DNA of 64,000 nucleotides from contig CAINWP010000076.1 in assembly GCA_903854475.1 (NCBI GenBank), positions 58,112 through 122,111 on the forward strand. The letters are read 5' to 3'. Shown one piece after another: positions 61,608 through 64,000 of the stretch. Source of the stretch: an uncultured Verrucomicrobiota bacterium. Lineage in GTDB: Bacteria; Verrucomicrobiota; Verrucomicrobiia; Limisphaerales; UBA9464. The translations under genes were made by a program, and so were the position numbers. Each line of letters opens with the position of its first letter. Positions within the stretch are counted from its first letter, which is position 1. The notes below the pieces were generated by a model. It ran no database searches. It had not been told where the DNA came from and saw only the letters and a program-made list of their open reading frames with translations.

Positions 61608-62168
61608 ATGGCAGTCAACGCGAACGAACTCCGCAAGGGTCAAGCGATCAAGTACAATACCGACATTTGCGTCGTCCTTGAGGTCACCCACCGGACTCCC
61701 GGAAACCTACGGGCTTTCGTACAGGGCATTTTGCGCAGCATCCGTACCGGCAAGAGCATGGATGTCCGCTTCGGCTCGGGGGAAAAGATAGAGACGGTCC
61801 CATTGATGACCTACAAGATGGAGTTCAGCTACAAGACCGGTGACGACTATGTATTCGTCAATCCTGAGACTTACGAAGAGGTCACGGTGACTCCTGAATT
61901 CGTCGGTGACGCCAAGAATTATCTCACCGAGAACAGCTTAGTGACCATGACCTTCGTCGAGGAGAAGGCCGTCATTATTGAAATGCCTTCGAGCGTCGTC
62001 CTAGTCGTTTCCAATGCGCCGGAAGGCCTCAAGGGTGACAGCGCCAACAATGTGCAGAAGACGGTGACGTTGGAGACGGGTCTTGAGATCAATGTCCCGC
62101 TCTTCATCAAGACGGGCGAGAAGATCAAGGTGGACACACGGACCGGCAAGTACATGGAACGTGCCTGA
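61608..62168 (+). CDS. efp: elongation factor P
   Basis: Full-length EF-P similarity (…NAPEGLKGDSANNVQKTVTLETGLEINVPLFIKTGEKIKVDTRTGKYMERA). Confidence 0.93.
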   Translation: MAVNANELRKGQAIKYNTDICVVLEVTHRTPGNLRAFVQGILRSIRTGKSMDVRFGSGEKIETVPLMTYKMEFSYKTGDDYVFVNPETYEEVTVTPEFVGDAKNYLTENSLVTMTFVEEKAVIIEMPSSVVLVVSNAPEGLKGDSANNVQKTVTLETGLEINVPLFIKTGEKIKVDTRTGKYMERA

Positions 62169-62207
62169 GCCAGTTCTCTACACTTTCCGCCACGTTCAAG
62201 TTTTCAG

Positions 62208-62246
62208 ACGCCCGTCCTGCTTCTTGCAGAACGGGCGTTTGCTTTT
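62208..62246 (+). terminator. rho-independent terminator after efp
   Basis: acgcccgtcctgc-ttctt-gcagaacgggcgt (13-bp stem, one mismatch) followed by ttgctttt. Confidence 0.6.
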
Positions 62247-62309
62247 GGCGGCTTAAAAAAAGCGGAGCGGGACTGAGTGAAGGAGTGACCGGATTCAGTT
62301 GAACTCTCC

Positions 62310-63983
62310 TCAAGACCAATCGCAGAGCGCCGACACCGCGGCGGCAGAACCATCGCGTAGCCAGCCATCGAGCTGAGCGGGGTCCTTCAACTGTTGACCC
62401 CGAATTCGGGGCACCACCACAAAGCGGGTGTCGATCTCGCTCAAGGCACTGAGATCGCTCCAGAGTTTCTCAAACTGGGCCACCGGAAAAACATCTTCCT
62501 GGCCGTGTCCCCAGCGTTTCTTAACGTCCTTAATCGTGACATAGGTCGGCAGCCGACTGGCCATGGTGCGGATGGCGGAGGCAATCGTTGATTGGTTCTG
62601 GGAAAGGATGTCCTCCCGCGTCAATCCGAAGGTTTCTAGCAACCGGTCGAGATGGATCCAGGTCGTCATGGAGTTGTAGAAGCGCAACCGGAACTCATCT
62701 TCCTCTCGCGGCATCGCCAATCCTTCAACCAGCCGCGGGTGGCCATTGACCCGAGCGAGGCCACCCCCCCGGTCTTCTAGCCGCCGCCCAATTAATTCGA
62801 AGGTGAGACAAGCCCCGCTGAGGACATGCTGGCCCAACAATGCCGGATCCACTGAGGCCCCGAGGGTATCGATGTTGTGGAGTAGCAGGTATTTGAGTTG
62901 GGGTCGCTCACCCAAGAGTCCGGCGAGCACGCCGTTGTGAAACAGATTAGGAACCTCAAAAAAATGGCCCACCGGATGCAGGCATTGCAGAGGCACGTTG
63001 TCGGTGTAGTCGCCTGTCTCACCCGAAGTCCGGGCCCAGCCAATGAGGGATGATCGGAGACTCTCGCGGACCTTCTGCTGCTGAACATCGAGCAACTGTT
63101 GAGGCATTTCTTCCCACGCGAAGCGAAGATCGCGCTCCGTCGGGATGAGTCTCAGGCCGACGCTGCGGCCGGGTGACAGAATCAGGGGCCCTGGGTAGCC
63201 ATAACCATCGACCTGACGGAGGAACCGCTGGGTGGGTTCGTGGGTGAGGTAGCTCGTCGTAAAAAGGTGCGGTAGGACGTGGCCCGCTAGCCGACCTGAG
63301 CGCCGGGACTTGGCTAGGTGGGTTTCGATGAAGGTCCGGTGCCGGCCGGCGAATTGGGCGAAGGGATGCAGGGCCTTGCAGGTGCCAGCGCCGCCGGTCC
63401 ATCGAGATCCGGCTCCAGCCGCCAAGGTTATCACGGCAACCTGGCCGGCTCGCAATGCGGCCTCACCAGCAGCCCGGACCTCGGGCGGCACAGTGGTCGA
63501 AGGCGTGTCCCAACGCAGCACATCGTCTGCTTCGACGTCTTCGATCCGGCTGTCGGCACGAAGGCGATTTTGGGCCAGTCCGATGCGGCCGTCCCGCAGG
63601 TCTGAGCGAATTTGCTCATGCTGGGCTGGATCGAAACCGTTTTCTTCGAGCAATCCCTGCAATCCGCTGCGTTCGCTCGCACTGTCCCGGGAGCGAGGCA
63701 GGAGGGCGTCGAACAGTGTCTGGATCATCCCGCCCAGCTCCGGACGTGTGCGTGCGGCCCTTCCCACACGGTCGAGTTCAGCACGGCGAGCCGGGGTTAA
63801 TGATCGGCGATCGGCACGCAGCAAGGGGGGTACCGTGAGCGCGTAGTAATTCAGCGGCATCAGAGCGTCCTCGCCGGAGAGCAACTCGGCCATGGTGCCG
63901 TGCTCGTTGATGGCGTAATCGAAGACCACCGGATCCATGGCGAAGGGCAGGGCCGTCGAGAGGCTCCGCTTCGTTTCCAGCAT
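62310..63983 (-). CDS. UDPGP-type nucleotide-sugar pyrophosphorylase family protein (UTP--hexose-1-phosphate uridylyltransferase-like)
   Basis: VAVITLAAGAGSRW resembles the LxGGxGTxxG nucleotide-binding loop. LLHNIDTLGASVDP resembles the NIDNL..VDP motif of the UDPGP family. Substrate not assignable. Confidence 0.5.
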   Translation of the reverse strand: MLETKRSLSTALPFAMDPVVFDYAINEHGTMAELLSGEDALMPLNYYALTVPPLLRADRRSLTPARRAELDRVGRAARTRPELGGMIQTLFDALLPRSRDSASERSGLQGLLEENGFDPAQHEQIRSDLRDGRIGLAQNRLRADSRIEDVEADDVLRWDTPSTTVPPEVRAAGEAALRAGQVAVITLAAGAGSRWTGGAGTCKALHPFAQFAGRHRTFIETHLAKSRRSGRLAGHVLPHLFTTSYLTHEPTQRFLRQVDGYGYPGPLILSPGRSVGLRLIPTERDLRFAWEEMPQQLLDVQQQKVRESLRSSLIGWARTSGETGDYTDNVPLQCLHPVGHFFEVPNLFHNGVLAGLLGERPQLKYLLLHNIDTLGASVDPALLGQHVLSGACLTFELIGRRLEDRGGGLARVNGHPRLVEGLAMPREEDEFRLRFYNSMTTWIHLDRLLETFGLTREDILSQNQSTIASAIRTMASRLPTYVTIKDVKKRWGHGQEDVFPVAQFEKLWSDLSALSEIDTRFVVVPRIRGQQLKDPAQLDGWLRDGSAAAVSALCDWS

Positions 63984-64000
63984 GAGAATCTGAAGGCGCT

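Overview
This is a GC-rich (judged by eye, not computed), tightly packed bacterial chromosomal segment. I can support about 58 protein genes, one tRNA-Gln(UUG), one TPP riboswitch upstream of thiC, two identical parS-type palindromes and a few intrinsic-terminator hairpins. I saw no rRNA, CRISPR array, transposase, integrase or recognisable defence genes. The ORF track uses ATG/GTG/TTG starts and reports the longest ORF, so I trimmed several N-termini to family-consistent ATGs. Gene content hints at the PVC superphylum (Verrucomicrobiota/Planctomycetota), but that is inference only: a Tat-exported DUF1501 protein, a PA14 plus five-CXXCH cytochrome, a lipoprotein-type TIM-barrel isomerase, and many Gly-rich exported proteins. 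Most of the window is housekeeping. Coordinates 1-9.2 kb hold fur(partial), a CPBP protease, comF, cysS, an AraC regulator, an M20 peptidase, a GT4 glycosyltransferase, lipA and an SGNH hydrolase. Coordinates 14.5-23.4 kb hold phnA, thiC, a UbiA prenyltransferase, pyk, a family-4 UDG, a pterin dehydratase, dnaN and an isomerase. Coordinates 27-31 kb hold yihY and mnmG. Coordinates 47-64 kb hold apgM, DUF1501, a UVR-motif protein, yqeY, exoD, atpBEFHAGDC, clpS-orf-aat, purQ/purS, efp and a UDPGP-like gene. The block most worth a second look is a 12-gene co-directional secretion/pilus cluster (35.05-46.9 kb). It combines T2SS-type ATPase, platform and pseudopilins with a PilMNOP-like assembly module. 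Its secretin is encoded as two separately exported polypeptides, split inside an N-domain at a poly-Gly loop. Other observations: parS sites, one inside mnmG, next to a 785-bp gene-free candidate origin region. A translationally coupled clpS-unknown-aat operon, plus a divergent Bpt/ATE-like gene elsewhere in the window. An EF-P with Asn at the normally modified Lys/Arg loop position. A short ATP synthase delta subunit. I found no clear-cut undescribed enzyme or defence system, and all the novelty claims below are hypotheses that need database and structure checks.
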